Shown one piece after another: positions 6,927 to 16,378 of a DNA stretch of 17,688 nucleotides. Below the pieces are notes generated by a model, which saw only the letters and a list, made by a program, of their open reading frames with translations, made no database searches and had not been told where the DNA came from. This DNA is from Candidatus Heimdallarchaeota archaeon (GTDB lineage: Archaea > Asgardarchaeota > Heimdallarchaeia > Heimdallarchaeales > DAOWED01): contig DAOWED010000075.1 of NCBI GenBank assembly GCA_030638685.1, forward strand, positions 1-17,688, given 5' to 3'. Position numbers and translations under genes: made by a program. Every line of letters starts with the position of its first letter. The stretch's first letter is position 1.

Positions 6927-8865
6927 TAGTCGTTTCTGAAGCGCTTATCAAACTATCAGGAGGCGTCATTTGTTCGTTCAAACGAACTACCGTGGTATCC
7001 TCGAGAGTTTCTGTTGTCACAAAACCAAATAATTCTAATTCAGCTACTGACTTTCGGACAACAGCAGGATGCATGGTAAGCATACGAGCAATATCCTGTT
7101 CCTTTAATTCAGAACTCAGTCCGTGCAGAAGGAAAATAATCATGTATTTTTGATCATTAACAAGATAGTTTTGAAGATAGGAGCCGAGTTCTTCCAAATG
7201 AACCAATTCATTTTGGTAAGAAACGAGTTTTTGTTCTAACTCATCTTTAACCTCAACATTCATTGTAATTTTGCCTTCATATCCTGACAATTCCTCTTTT
7301 AGAGTTGTAAGTTCGGTTTCAAGAACGCTCTTTTCTTCAATCATCAGTTCATGTTTGGAAAGAGAAGAATTGAATTCATCTTGGATGGAAGTTTTTTCAG
7401 TGGAAACCGCATCATATTTTTCTTGTATTGCGTCTAATGAAGTAGTAAATTCCTCCTTTTCTTTAGCAAGAGAAGAATAGTCATTCTTTACTCGATTAAT
7501 TTCGCTTTCCGTTTCTGAGAGTGATGCCTTCAATTCGGTTAGTGAACTTTCATATTCAGCTTTTTGAGTTGTAGATTCCGACATAATGCGTTCTCTTTCA
7601 GAATCCCATTGGCTTTGAATCTTAGAAATTTCGGTTGGGAACACTTCTTCACTAACTGTTGATTCTGACTCCAAGGATTGAAGTTTTTCATGATAAATTT
7701 GATTTTGTGCATCCAAAGCAGTCTTCTCTGATTCTAATTGAGAATGGGTCTTTTCAAGTTCGGTTAATTTATTTTCCACTGAAGTTTTGACTTCTCTAAG
7801 CTCGGTTAACTCATCGTTCAATTTAGTTGTTTCTTGATCAAGATTAAGTAATCTTGTTTCTAAACCATTCTTTTCTGTAGAAACAGTTTTGTGAGCAGCT
7901 TCTAACTGAGTTAGTTTCTCATTCACTGAAATACTATCTGTTTCACTGCTCTCCATTCTTACTTTCACTTGTGAAAGCTCTAAGTTAAGAGTTCTAATCT
8001 CTTCATTCTTACTAACCATTTCATTTCTAACACTGAACTGTTCTTCCCTTGATTTTTCAAGTTCTTCTTGAAGTGATTTAAAAGCATCACTTTGCTCCTT
8101 ATACTGTTGACTGATTAATTCTCGTTCTCTATTGCTATAATCAGAAAGTTGATTCCTTAAGGTTTTTAGTTCTTCTTGTTGACGATCTATTGTTGCTTTA
8201 AAGCGGGAGATGTCATTTTGTGTATCATCAATGTGTGTCTCCCTATCACCTAAAGCTTCCTGCATCTCTTCTTGCTCAAGACGCATTTGCATCAAAGTTG
8301 CTCCAAGCTGCATATTTTGGCTTTCAAGCCTTTCAATTCCGGCTTCAAGATTAGTTATTTCTGAATTTTTGAGTCTATTTTCTTCACTCAAAGAATTCAT
8401 TTGGTCGACAAGATCCACGTTTTCAGTGGATAGATCAGAGACTGTTTCTGACTGTTCAACAAGAGAGGCTTGATATTGAGCTACTCGTGCTTCTGACAAA
8501 CTGCTTTCAACAGGAGATTGTGTTTGTAAACGTCGGAGTTCTTCTAAAAATTCAGCCTCTATAACGTTTCCTTGTGCTAGTCCTGTTTCAATTCCCTCGC
8601 GTATCTTAGAACCTGATTCTGTCTCAATTTTGAGATAAACGGTTCTTAAGAAATGTATCAAACCATCCTTAAATCGGTTTGAAATTTCAGCAATTTCAGA
8701 GGCAGGATATTGTGAAACTCCAGGAGTTAGTGAGCTTGCTCTTAATTCCTCAGCTTTAGCTCTTAACTGGTCTTCATGCAATAATCTTTGATCTCTCATA
8801 TCTTTCAAATAGTCAAGAATTACTTCTCGAATCACTGTTACTCTGATTTCTTGAAAATGTTCCAT
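6919..8865 (-). CDS. Long coiled-coil protein with C-terminal winged-helix-like domain
   Basis: 648 aa. Extended heptad-rich Glu/Lys/Leu/Ser region across the middle ~450 aa. C-terminal MIIFLLHGLSSELKEQDIARMLTMHPAVVRKSVAELELFGFVTTETLEDTTVVRLNE resembles a wHTH. The stop overlaps the NYN ORF start. Confidence 0.8.
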   Translation of the reverse strand: MEHFQEIRVTVIREVILDYLKDMRDQRLLHEDQLRAKAEELRASSLTPGVSQYPASEIAEISNRFKDGLIHFLRTVYLKIETESGSKIREGIETGLAQGNVIEAEFLEELRRLQTQSPVESSLSEARVAQYQASLVEQSETVSDLSTENVDLVDQMNSLSEENRLKNSEITNLEAGIERLESQNMQLGATLMQMRLEQEEMQEALGDRETHIDDTQNDISRFKATIDRQQEELKTLRNQLSDYSNRERELISQQYKEQSDAFKSLQEELEKSREEQFSVRNEMVSKNEEIRTLNLELSQVKVRMESSETDSISVNEKLTQLEAAHKTVSTEKNGLETRLLNLDQETTKLNDELTELREVKTSVENKLTELEKTHSQLESEKTALDAQNQIYHEKLQSLESESTVSEEVFPTEISKIQSQWDSERERIMSESTTQKAEYESSLTELKASLSETESEINRVKNDYSSLAKEKEEFTTSLDAIQEKYDAVSTEKTSIQDEFNSSLSKHELMIEEKSVLETELTTLKEELSGYEGKITMNVEVKDELEQKLVSYQNELVHLEELGSYLQNYLVNDQKYMIIFLLHGLSSELKEQDIARMLTMHPAVVRKSVAELELFGFVTTETLEDTTVVRLNEQMTPPDSLISASETTSD

Positions 8866-9050
8866 AGATTACACCTATTATGTAATTGTGTTTTGATCAA
8901 ACAAAGTGATATTAGATCTAAAATATTAAAGAATTCCGCAAAAAGCACTTTAGCTGAATTTTTAACAAGGGCTTTGCTAATCGATTTTTTACTAGTATTA
9001 TAAGATAATTAACTAAAACTAACTAAAAACTGGAGAGAATCCAAATAAGA

Positions 9051-9656
9051 TTACCATTCATCATCTTCTTTTTCTTCACTACCTGCTTCAAAAGGATCAT
9101 GAGCATCATCTTCTGGGATAATAGCGTATGGATCATCTTCAAGAATTCTTTCGATATTATCTTCCTTAACAAGTTGAGCTAATTTCTTGCGATGATTTGT
9201 TTTCTTTTTTGCTGTAGGGTTTATTTTCAGTTCAGGATTTTCAGTTATCCAGGCTTGAATTTGATCGAGTATTTCTTCTCGATCTAGTAAATCAAAGAAG
9301 TCATCATCATCTTCCAGTGTTATTTTAAAAATCCAACCAACGTATGGTTCCTCATTTAGCTCTTCTGGATTAAGCTTTATCTCTGAGTTTTCTTCAACTA
9401 TATTACATGGGAATGGAGATTTAACAACTAGTTCATCTTCAATTGAAGTAACCGTGAAAAACTCATCACCTTCATCAAATTCTTCACTCTCTGTGAAATA
9501 GATTGATATAATGTCCCCTAGAATCCTCTGAGCAAAATCAGTAATTCCTATGGAATACGAATCTTCTTCATAGTCTCGTTTTACCCATAAAATTTTATCA
9601 ATATAGGAAATGTCTTCTGGTAAATCTAAATCATTGACATCCATTCTTTTCACCAT
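9051..9656 (-). CDS. Divergent GcvH-like (lipoyl-domain fold) protein lacking the lipoyl lysine, with acidic C-terminal extension
   Basis: YSIGITDFAQRILGDIISIYF...EGDEFFTVTSIEDELVVKSPFPCNIVEENSEIKLNPEELNEEPYVGWIFKITL follows the glycine cleavage H-protein pattern by eye. Confidence 0.72.
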   Translation of the reverse strand: MVKRMDVNDLDLPEDISYIDKILWVKRDYEEDSYSIGITDFAQRILGDIISIYFTESEEFDEGDEFFTVTSIEDELVVKSPFPCNIVEENSEIKLNPEELNEEPYVGWIFKITLEDDDDFFDLLDREEILDQIQAWITENPELKINPTAKKKTNHRKKLAQLVKEDNIERILEDDPYAIIPEDDAHDPFEAGSEEKEDDEW

Positions 9657-9769
9657 TATGCTAAGATTTGCCTCTAATGAATTAATCGTAAAGGGGCTTT
9701 TAAGGAGATCGATTGACCTATAACTAGTTTTTGCCTACTAAAAACAATTCAGCCTTTTATATTTTTTCT

Positions 9770-10858
9770 CTAGATTTGCTCAGACAGATGTCTTGAAAAA
9801 GGAAAAGAAATTATTCCTAACAATATTACAAATATGGGGCCCAAAAACGTGTTTAGCAAGGTCAAAGCCCCCGCCTCAGACGGGGTTAATCCTACAAGTT
9901 CAAGGAACAAGGCGCTTGAAAGTGTTCCTCCACCGATTCCTGCGGGAGTAAATGAAACCATTCCAACAACCATTGCCACAGAAATAACACCAAGCCCTTC
10001 AACTAAAGTAATGGGTTCAGTGGATAGAGCATGTGATAGAAGAACAACAACATATCCTTCCAAGATCCATCTTAGTGTTGAGCATAAGTAAACGAATAAT
10101 AAGACAAATTTTTTCTGCTGTATTTTTTTAGTTGAAGAATAGAATCCACCAATTCCTTCTTCTACCCTTTCTCTATTATTTTTCCAAAATGACAGTTTCA
10201 TGGAAGTGAAAAATCGGTCAACTAACCCGTAGATCCAGCGGCCAAAAACAGGGATATTGATAATTAGAAAAAAAATGATCAAAAGCACTAAAATCATTAC
10301 AACCAAAGTATTAAGTGAAACTCTAACCAAATCCATTCGTTCATCAGAAAGATTAGGTAAGTTATCTGCTAGTAAATCAGGGATAACGAAAATTAAGATG
10401 AGCGTAAATGAAAGACCAATTACAACTATATCCGCGAGACGTACAATTAGTATTGCGGCAAGAGAGTGTGTGGGAGCGATTTTTGCTCCTCTATTAAAAA
10501 TTTCAACTGCCCCTAAATCGCCTGATTTTGCAGGGAAAATAACCCCTATTCCATACCCAGCTAAAAAAGTAATTACAAATCGATTAATTGGTACAGGTCC
10601 GTGAAGAGGTTTGAGAGCAAAATAGACCCGTAAACCTCTTAAAAACAAACTGGAAAGCATTAGAATTATTGCTAGCAGAAGAAATTTCCATTTTATAGAA
10701 AGTGAGAAAACTTCAGACCATTCAATCCTAATAACAAAAATTGTTAGAAAAAGAATAGCCAATAGGCTCATTATGATGTCTCGCCATTTATTGCTTTTAT
10801 AAAGCTTGAACTCATTTTCTTTAGTTATGTCTTGCTTATCTTGCGAAATGTAGATCAC
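9770..10858 (-). CDS. UPF0104 / lysylphosphatidylglycerol synthase TM-region (AglD-like) membrane protein
   Basis: Many hydrophobic helices, with the family-typical LRGLRVYFALKP, FLAGYGIGVIFPAKSGDLGAVEIFNRG and GMVSFTPAGIGGGTLSSALFLELVGLTPSEAGALTLL. Confidence 0.85.
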   Translation of the reverse strand: MIYISQDKQDITKENEFKLYKSNKWRDIIMSLLAILFLTIFVIRIEWSEVFSLSIKWKFLLLAIILMLSSLFLRGLRVYFALKPLHGPVPINRFVITFLAGYGIGVIFPAKSGDLGAVEIFNRGAKIAPTHSLAAILIVRLADIVVIGLSFTLILIFVIPDLLADNLPNLSDERMDLVRVSLNTLVVMILVLLIIFFLIINIPVFGRWIYGLVDRFFTSMKLSFWKNNRERVEEGIGGFYSSTKKIQQKKFVLLFVYLCSTLRWILEGYVVVLLSHALSTEPITLVEGLGVISVAMVVGMVSFTPAGIGGGTLSSALFLELVGLTPSEAGALTLLNTFLGPIFVILLGIISFPFSRHLSEQI

Positions 10859-10874
10859 CGTATTGATTAGTGTA

Positions 10875-12203
10875 TTATTGCAGCATTGAGCTTATTTCTT
10901 TAAATGTTTGATCCAAGGCTTCAAGTGTATGATCCAATAAGTCCTTTTTATGTTCTGATGAAAGTGCACCTAAACCTCCTCTAACAAAGACACCTTTGTT
11001 TATCAAGCTCATCTGATGAAAAGTGTTCAAGTTTGGTAGGTTTGTTTTTTTGCTTTTTATTTTTTCTAATGAATTATAATTTATTGACATCAAAGAAGCT
11101 GCTCCTGATATTTTTACAGGTAAGGAATTATCACTAACCAAATCCTTTATGCTTTTTACGAAATCTTCACCAGTTTTGTTTAGGGTGTCATAGAAAGCAG
11201 ACCCTCTTTCTTTCAAAGCATTCAAGGTTGCTAATCCAGTAGATGAACTTAAAGGATTTCCACTAAAAGTTCCGCCTCCTACCCAGACAGATTCTCCATT
11301 TTCTGGATTAGCTATTGCCATTATCTCCTTTTTTCCACCATATGCACCGATCGCTAATCCTCCTCCTATAATCTTACCAAGACAAGTTAAATCAGGAGTA
11401 ACCCCAAAATAACCTTGAGCTGAAGAATAGCTTAACCGAAAGCCGGTTATTACTTCGTCAAATATTAGTACTGCACCATACTTGGTTGTTAAGTGTCTCA
11501 CTGTTTGTAAAAACTCTTTTGAAGCTGCTTCTACTCCACCTGATATTAACACCGGTTCAAGGATTACAGCAGCTATTTCATCACCAAATTGCTCAAAGCA
11601 TTTCTTTATTTCGTCAATATCATTATAGCTACAAGAAATAAGGTTTGGATCCTTCACAAGACCTCTGTACTTAACGCCAAATGGAGGACTTATATCTTTG
11701 AAAAGCTGGGAATTCCCTCCATGCCAGCCCCCTTGCATTTTAACAACTAATGAACGATGAGTAAATCCTCTTGCTAATCTCACCGAGTACGATGTTGCTT
11801 CAGAACCAGAACTACAAAATCTAAGTTGTTCAATGCTAGGTGTTGCTTTTCTTATCTCTTCCCCTAACTTAAGAGCTCGTTCGTTAACTGTTCCAAAATG
11901 GGTTCCTTCATGAGTTGCTTCTACTATTGCATCAATAAGTATGTCAGGTGTATGTCCTAGAATGTTGGAATAATGCCCTATCCAGAAATCTATCAATCTT
12001 TGTCCATCTTCTGTATAGAGAAAAGCTCCTTTAGCTTTTTTAATGAACGGCGGATAAAGACCTAATTTAGGAAAATCCCATGTTCTAATATTGTGACTTA
12101 TTCCTCCTGGAAAAAGGTCAACTGCTCTCTGCCAAAGTTCAGAAGAGCGTTTATTGTTGTTAAGATAAATTTCATTATTATCTAAGTTGTCCATACACGT
12201 CAA
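10875..12203 (-). CDS. Class-III PLP-dependent aminotransferase, glutamate-1-semialdehyde aminomutase-like
   Basis: FPGGISHNIR, YTEDGQRLIDFWIGHYSNILGH, FCSSGSEATSYSVRLARGFT, GGWHG, VLIFDEVITGFR, and the PLP-lysine context LTCLGKIIGGGLAIGAYGG. TTG start, or ATG at 12194. Confidence 0.88.
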   Translation of the reverse strand: MTCMDNLDNNEIYLNNNKRSSELWQRAVDLFPGGISHNIRTWDFPKLGLYPPFIKKAKGAFLYTEDGQRLIDFWIGHYSNILGHTPDILIDAIVEATHEGTHFGTVNERALKLGEEIRKATPSIEQLRFCSSGSEATSYSVRLARGFTHRSLVVKMQGGWHGGNSQLFKDISPPFGVKYRGLVKDPNLISCSYNDIDEIKKCFEQFGDEIAAVILEPVLISGGVEAASKEFLQTVRHLTTKYGAVLIFDEVITGFRLSYSSAQGYFGVTPDLTCLGKIIGGGLAIGAYGGKKEIMAIANPENGESVWVGGGTFSGNPLSSSTGLATLNALKERGSAFYDTLNKTGEDFVKSIKDLVSDNSLPVKISGAASLMSINYNSLEKIKSKKTNLPNLNTFHQMSLINKGVFVRGGLGALSSEHKKDLLDHTLEALDQTFKEISSMLQ

Positions 12204-12311
12204 ATTATGTGTGAATCTAAGCTTTGAAAGAGCTTTCTATTTTTCACAAATTGTTTATGGATTCTTTCTAGGAAATATCTTAAATGAGATGATTCAAAGT
12301 AAAATTAAGCT

Positions 12312-13997
12312 ATGGAATCATCGAATAAAAACGCCCTCAGAAAACAGATACTTATCTTCATCCTTCTTCTTGTTAATATCATAGTAAGGCTCCTTCCAAC
12401 TTTGAGTTCAAGAACTCTCTGGGGAGTGGATGCTTGGGACTATATTTATTATATTAAACAATCAATTGAGGGTTCCCAGATTATTTCTCCGGAGTTACAT
12501 GTTCCCGGTTTCTATATTCTGATGACATCCTACTGTCATATTGTTGACATCGATCCTGAAATAGCTTACCTTTTTCTTCCTCAATTAGTTCTAGGCCTTC
12601 TTACTTTAGAGATGTTCATTCTTGCAAGAGTTCTAACCAAAGATGATTCAGCTGGAATAATAGCTCTCCTTTTAACTAGTAGCGGTGGAATTTATGTTCT
12701 TAGAACAATGCTTGTTATTCCAGAATCTTTTGGTTTAAGTTTAATCCCCCTTGGTTTATGGTTATACTGGAAAATGCTTACTATTAGAACTAAAGAGTGG
12801 TCAATTTCATTTCTTATGATCGGTACTACTATTGTTTCTATGCATCATTTATCTGGAGGAGTTTTTCTATGTGCGATAAATTTCATTACTCTTTGGTTCA
12901 GTCTTAACAAGAACCATCGAAAAGATATTTGGGCAAAGGTTATCTTCTTGAACGTTGTAACGTTGATTATTTGGTCTATTACAAGCAAAAACTATCCTTT
13001 TATCGTTGCTCAAAGAGGGTCTCAGTATTTTCTAATTCTAGCACTAGTGATGATTGGTATTTCCATCATTCTTTTTTCAACTAGAGCTATGAAGCCTAGA
13101 GTAATCAAATTAATTCAGTCCGAACTCGTTCAACAATCTTGGTCTTACGTTCTATTCATAACAATTATTCTTCTTTCTTTATGGGTTGGCCTGCGAGCTG
13201 ATTTATCTTTCAAAGTTATAGCTTCATTTCTTCCTGTATCTCTTTTTATTCCCTTTACTCTTGTATGTATCCAAAAAGATTCATTTCAACTTCAACATGC
13301 TAGATCGTTTTTCCTTGGGATGATTTTTTCATATTTCATACTCTTTTCATTAATTGCCTTTAATCCATCAATACAGACACTATTAGGCAGATATGCAGAA
13401 TTCTTGATACAGATTGCTGTTCTTGGAACAGCTATGGGAGCTTCTATAAAACTGAAAGATAAGAACGGAAGGAGAAAATTATATGGATTCACTTTAGCAA
13501 TATTAATGATTACCAACTTTCCTCTTGCATATCCTGATCCCGACATTTGGATGGGTACAACTTTCAATTACTATAGTGAAGAATTAGAGGCAGCAGAATG
13601 GCTTGAAATAAGGATTGATGATCTTGGACTTGATCCAGAAATATCTATAATTGATACGGATAATCGTTTGGGAGTGATGCTTAGGGGGCACGTGGGATTA
13701 AATAGCAGTTGTGGAGAGCCAAGTGATAGCGAACTTGCTTACCTTATTCGTGAAAAACTATCTTTAATTGAAATTGCTTCATACCACTTTTCAAATCATT
13801 CTTTTATTTTCCTTTCACAAGTAATAGTGGATTCGACTTTTGCTATGGGTAAATTTGGGCATGGTCGAACTTTTTCAACAAGTGATATTGCACTTGAAGT
13901 AAGTTCCTACTTTATTTATGCCTTAAATCAACACCCTCAACTTGAAAAAGTGCTAGACTTAGGTAGCGTTTGGATATGGGAGATTAACAATAGCTGA
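12312..13997 (+). CDS. Polytopic membrane protein, GT-C-glycosyltransferase-like
   Basis: 561 aa with about 10 or more hydrophobic segments. An Asp-containing first loop (SSRTLWGVDAWDYIYYIKQSIE...PELHVPGFYILM) recalls GT-C/PMT-type enzymes. ATG start. Confidence 0.6.
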   Translation: MESSNKNALRKQILIFILLLVNIIVRLLPTLSSRTLWGVDAWDYIYYIKQSIEGSQIISPELHVPGFYILMTSYCHIVDIDPEIAYLFLPQLVLGLLTLEMFILARVLTKDDSAGIIALLLTSSGGIYVLRTMLVIPESFGLSLIPLGLWLYWKMLTIRTKEWSISFLMIGTTIVSMHHLSGGVFLCAINFITLWFSLNKNHRKDIWAKVIFLNVVTLIIWSITSKNYPFIVAQRGSQYFLILALVMIGISIILFSTRAMKPRVIKLIQSELVQQSWSYVLFITIILLSLWVGLRADLSFKVIASFLPVSLFIPFTLVCIQKDSFQLQHARSFFLGMIFSYFILFSLIAFNPSIQTLLGRYAEFLIQIAVLGTAMGASIKLKDKNGRRKLYGFTLAILMITNFPLAYPDPDIWMGTTFNYYSEELEAAEWLEIRIDDLGLDPEISIIDTDNRLGVMLRGHVGLNSSCGEPSDSELAYLIREKLSLIEIASYHFSNHSFIFLSQVIVDSTFAMGKFGHGRTFSTSDIALEVSSYFIYALNQHPQLEKVLDLGSVWIWEINNS

Positions 13998-14020
13998 AAT
14001 GAACATATTTCTAGGCTATA

Positions 14021-14644
14021 CTATTCACCTAATTCTTCCAAGATCTTAGCTAACTGAGGAGGTAATGCTTCGTTTTCTTTAAGACGTGAAAGATCGCTTA
14101 TCAAATCAATGTCATACCAACTAGCGATGCTTTCAATTTCAGTATAACGAAAATGATTCTCTTGGAATTGAGAAAGGTAGAGACTTGCTGAATGGGGTCC
14201 ATATGAAAATCTAAAAGTTGTACTAGCTCTTGCAGCAAGTATACTTGTTCCACCATCATGAGAAGGACAAATAACCGCATCATTTACTCGAAGAAGATAA
14301 TAAATAGTTGTTAGTAGTCTTGATGAAAGGTTAGGGAGGTCACCCATCACTACTATGTATTTTTCCGGATTTAATTGTTTAACGGCTTTAGAAATTGCAT
14401 TATTTAGATCAAATCCTTCATCATAGATAACTTTGAAAGAATAGTCTGTAAGTTCATCCGGTAAATTTCTATCCGCGGTAAGTAAATAGACTTCATAAGG
14501 TATAGAAAGTTCATTTATTGTATCAAATACTCGTTTCGTCATAGTTAGAACTAAACTATCTATAGATTGTGAATTACTTGGACCAGAACGTAACCTTTGC
14601 TTTGAGCTCGATGAACCACGCACAGGAACCAGTATTGTTACCAT
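14021..14644 (-). CDS. cofC: 2-phospho-L-lactate (or PEP) guanylyltransferase CofC
   Basis: MVTILVPVRGSSSSKQRL, VVMGDLPNLS, ICPSHDGGTSILAARA and FRFSYGPHSASLYLSQF match the CofC pattern. Adjacent to cofD. Confidence 0.9.
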   Translation of the reverse strand: MVTILVPVRGSSSSKQRLRSGPSNSQSIDSLVLTMTKRVFDTINELSIPYEVYLLTADRNLPDELTDYSFKVIYDEGFDLNNAISKAVKQLNPEKYIVVMGDLPNLSSRLLTTIYYLLRVNDAVICPSHDGGTSILAARASTTFRFSYGPHSASLYLSQFQENHFRYTEIESIASWYDIDLISDLSRLKENEALPPQLAKILEELGE

Positions 14645-14650
14645 TCTTTC

Positions 14651-15415
14651 TCACTTTAGTCTATCTTTAATCTCACTAAATAGCAGTGGATTTGAGAGAG
14701 CTGCTCTACCTATAGAAATAGCTGAGATACCTATATTTAACATTTTTAGTGCAATTCCAGTTGTGGTCACAGAATTATTACCGATTATTTTTCCTTGAAA
14801 CAAATCAGCAAAGTCTTTAAGCTTTGTAAGGTCCGCTTCTGGTTTACCGGGCAACATCGCATCTACATGAAGAATGTCAACTGAAGATAAATCATTCACG
14901 AAATCTTTTGGATTTTGGATCACTGAACTTCTGATCTTTAAAGATAAGGGAACTTTTACCCGCTTTTTATATTCATTAATGAAATCATTAAGAAATGAAA
15001 TGTTTGATAACAAGTTTTGACCAATATTAAGTTCTAAAAACTCTGGTTGTCGACAATGAGCATTTAATTCTATAAAGTCAAAAAAAGGAGAAAGGGCAGA
15101 AGCTGCTTTTGCAAAGTTTTCAGGGGAAGAAGCACGGATGTTTATACCTTTCATTACTTTCAAATTCTTAAGTTTAGAAACTTCTAACTTAACTTTTGTG
15201 AGTAAACCTTCGATTTCTTCAACTGTTCCCCACACAAATTCTTTTCTCCCTCTCTTGATTATTTGCTGTGAAGCAAGCTCTGATCGAGCATCTACACTTA
15301 TCCCACCAAGTATAACCCCTTGAGCACCTTGAAGGACTATTTTTCGGCAAAAATCACCATCAGTATATCCCGTCATTGGTGCTAGAAATAGTTGAGGAAA
15401 AGTGGTTTTATCCAT
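14651..15415 (-). CDS. TIM-barrel protein of the dihydrouridine synthase-like (archaeal MJ0144-type) family; start likely ATG at 15415 rather than TTG at 15451
   Basis: LFLAPMTGYTDGDFCRKIVLQGAQGVILGGISVD, FIELNAHCRQPEFLELNIGQNLL, VPLSLKIRSSV, IIGNNSVTTTGIALKMLNIGISAISIGRAAL. Confidence 0.75.
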   Translation of the reverse strand: MDKTTFPQLFLAPMTGYTDGDFCRKIVLQGAQGVILGGISVDARSELASQQIIKRGRKEFVWGTVEEIEGLLTKVKLEVSKLKNLKVMKGINIRASSPENFAKAASALSPFFDFIELNAHCRQPEFLELNIGQNLLSNISFLNDFINEYKKRVKVPLSLKIRSSVIQNPKDFVNDLSSVDILHVDAMLPGKPEADLTKLKDFADLFQGKIIGNNSVTTTGIALKMLNIGISAISIGRAALSNPLLFSEIKDRLK

Positions 15416-15416
15416 C

Positions 15417-16346
15417 CTAATCAACTGGTAAGGATAGAAGATAAGAAGCAAGTATTTCTTTAGTGACTAAACTTGTCATTAGCGTTGGAAAAGAGTAAAT
15501 ATTGAGATCATATTTTTGCTCTAGTTTATGTTTCAGTGCTTCATCAGCAACATCAATTACTAAATTTTTACAAAAAGGCTCATAATATGAAGCTACTCCA
15601 TCTGGAGAAACAGATATTCCTTGACTTTGCATAAGCTCAGCAGCTGGTCCACTTACTGGATTTGTACCAATTATCGGTGAGACTGTGATTACTTTGTGAC
15701 GATTTTTCTTCAAGTAATTGCCTATCTCTTTGATACCAATTATAGGATAGATTGAAGTTATTGGATTACTAGGGCCTATAATTATCCTTTCAGCCATTTC
15801 CAGAGCATTCAAGACCTCCTCTGTGGCTTTTGCCGTTTCCAAGCCTTTGAATAGTATTTCATCAACTAATATTTTTCCCCGATGCTTCACCCAATATTCT
15901 TGAAAGTGTATTATTCGATTTGAGCTTTTTATCCATGTTTGAATAGAATCATTTGAAGGAGGAAGTATTTTCGCTTTTATTCCAAGTTGTTTTGAAATCA
16001 TAGCTGTAAACTCAGTTGGTGAATGACCGTTCTTCAGACTATCTCCTCTAAGTATACATAATGCCAAATCTCTATCGCCAAGATTAAACCAAGGGTCCTC
16101 ATTTAATTCTCGTAGTGCTCCTATGCAATTATTGGTATCATCCTTCACTCCCCAGAATTTTTCTAAGTCTAGCCAGTCAGATAATAAATAAAGTAAAGTG
16201 TCTATGTCTGGAGACACAGGTATAGAATACCAAGAATAATCATCAGCAATGTTACCTATTATTGTTAGATCTTCTTCTTGGAGCTGTAACCTTAGACCTT
16301 GAATAAGTTTCGGGGTCCCCGTACCACCAGATAAAACAGTTATCAT
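15417..16346 (-). CDS. cofD: 2-phospho-L-lactate transferase CofD (coenzyme F420 biosynthesis)
   Basis: MITVLSGGTGTPKLIQGL, IGNIADDYSWYSIPVSPDIDTLLYLLS, GDRDLALCILR, IIIGPSNPITSIYPIIGI, ISPIIGTNPVSGPAAELM. Confidence 0.95.
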   Translation of the reverse strand: MITVLSGGTGTPKLIQGLRLQLQEEDLTIIGNIADDYSWYSIPVSPDIDTLLYLLSDWLDLEKFWGVKDDTNNCIGALRELNEDPWFNLGDRDLALCILRGDSLKNGHSPTEFTAMISKQLGIKAKILPPSNDSIQTWIKSSNRIIHFQEYWVKHRGKILVDEILFKGLETAKATEEVLNALEMAERIIIGPSNPITSIYPIIGIKEIGNYLKKNRHKVITVSPIIGTNPVSGPAAELMQSQGISVSPDGVASYYEPFCKNLVIDVADEALKHKLEQKYDLNIYSFPTLMTSLVTKEILASYLLSLPVD

Positions 16347-16378
16347 TATTACCCAGCCCAGTTACTTAGAAATTGCCT

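Noticed and set aside
7271-8473. Serine-rich plus-strand ORFs inside the coiled-coil gene
   Set aside because: Antisense translations of Glu-rich codons give Ser/Phe-rich frames. No independent support.
6919-8865. SMC or Rad50 ATPase identity for the coiled-coil protein
   Set aside because: No Walker A (GxxxxGKS/T), signature or Walker B motif in the translation, so not an SMC ATPase.
9834-10604. Plus-strand ORFs 9834..10091 and 10257..10604
   Set aside because: Both lie antisense within the UPF0104-like membrane protein. Pro/Thr/Ile/Lys-rich translations are typical of antisense shadow.
12187-12384. 65-aa plus-strand ORF spanning the divergent promoter region
   Set aside because: Overlaps the start of the aminotransferase gene and the start of the 12312 gene in another frame. 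The region is better explained as a divergent promoter.
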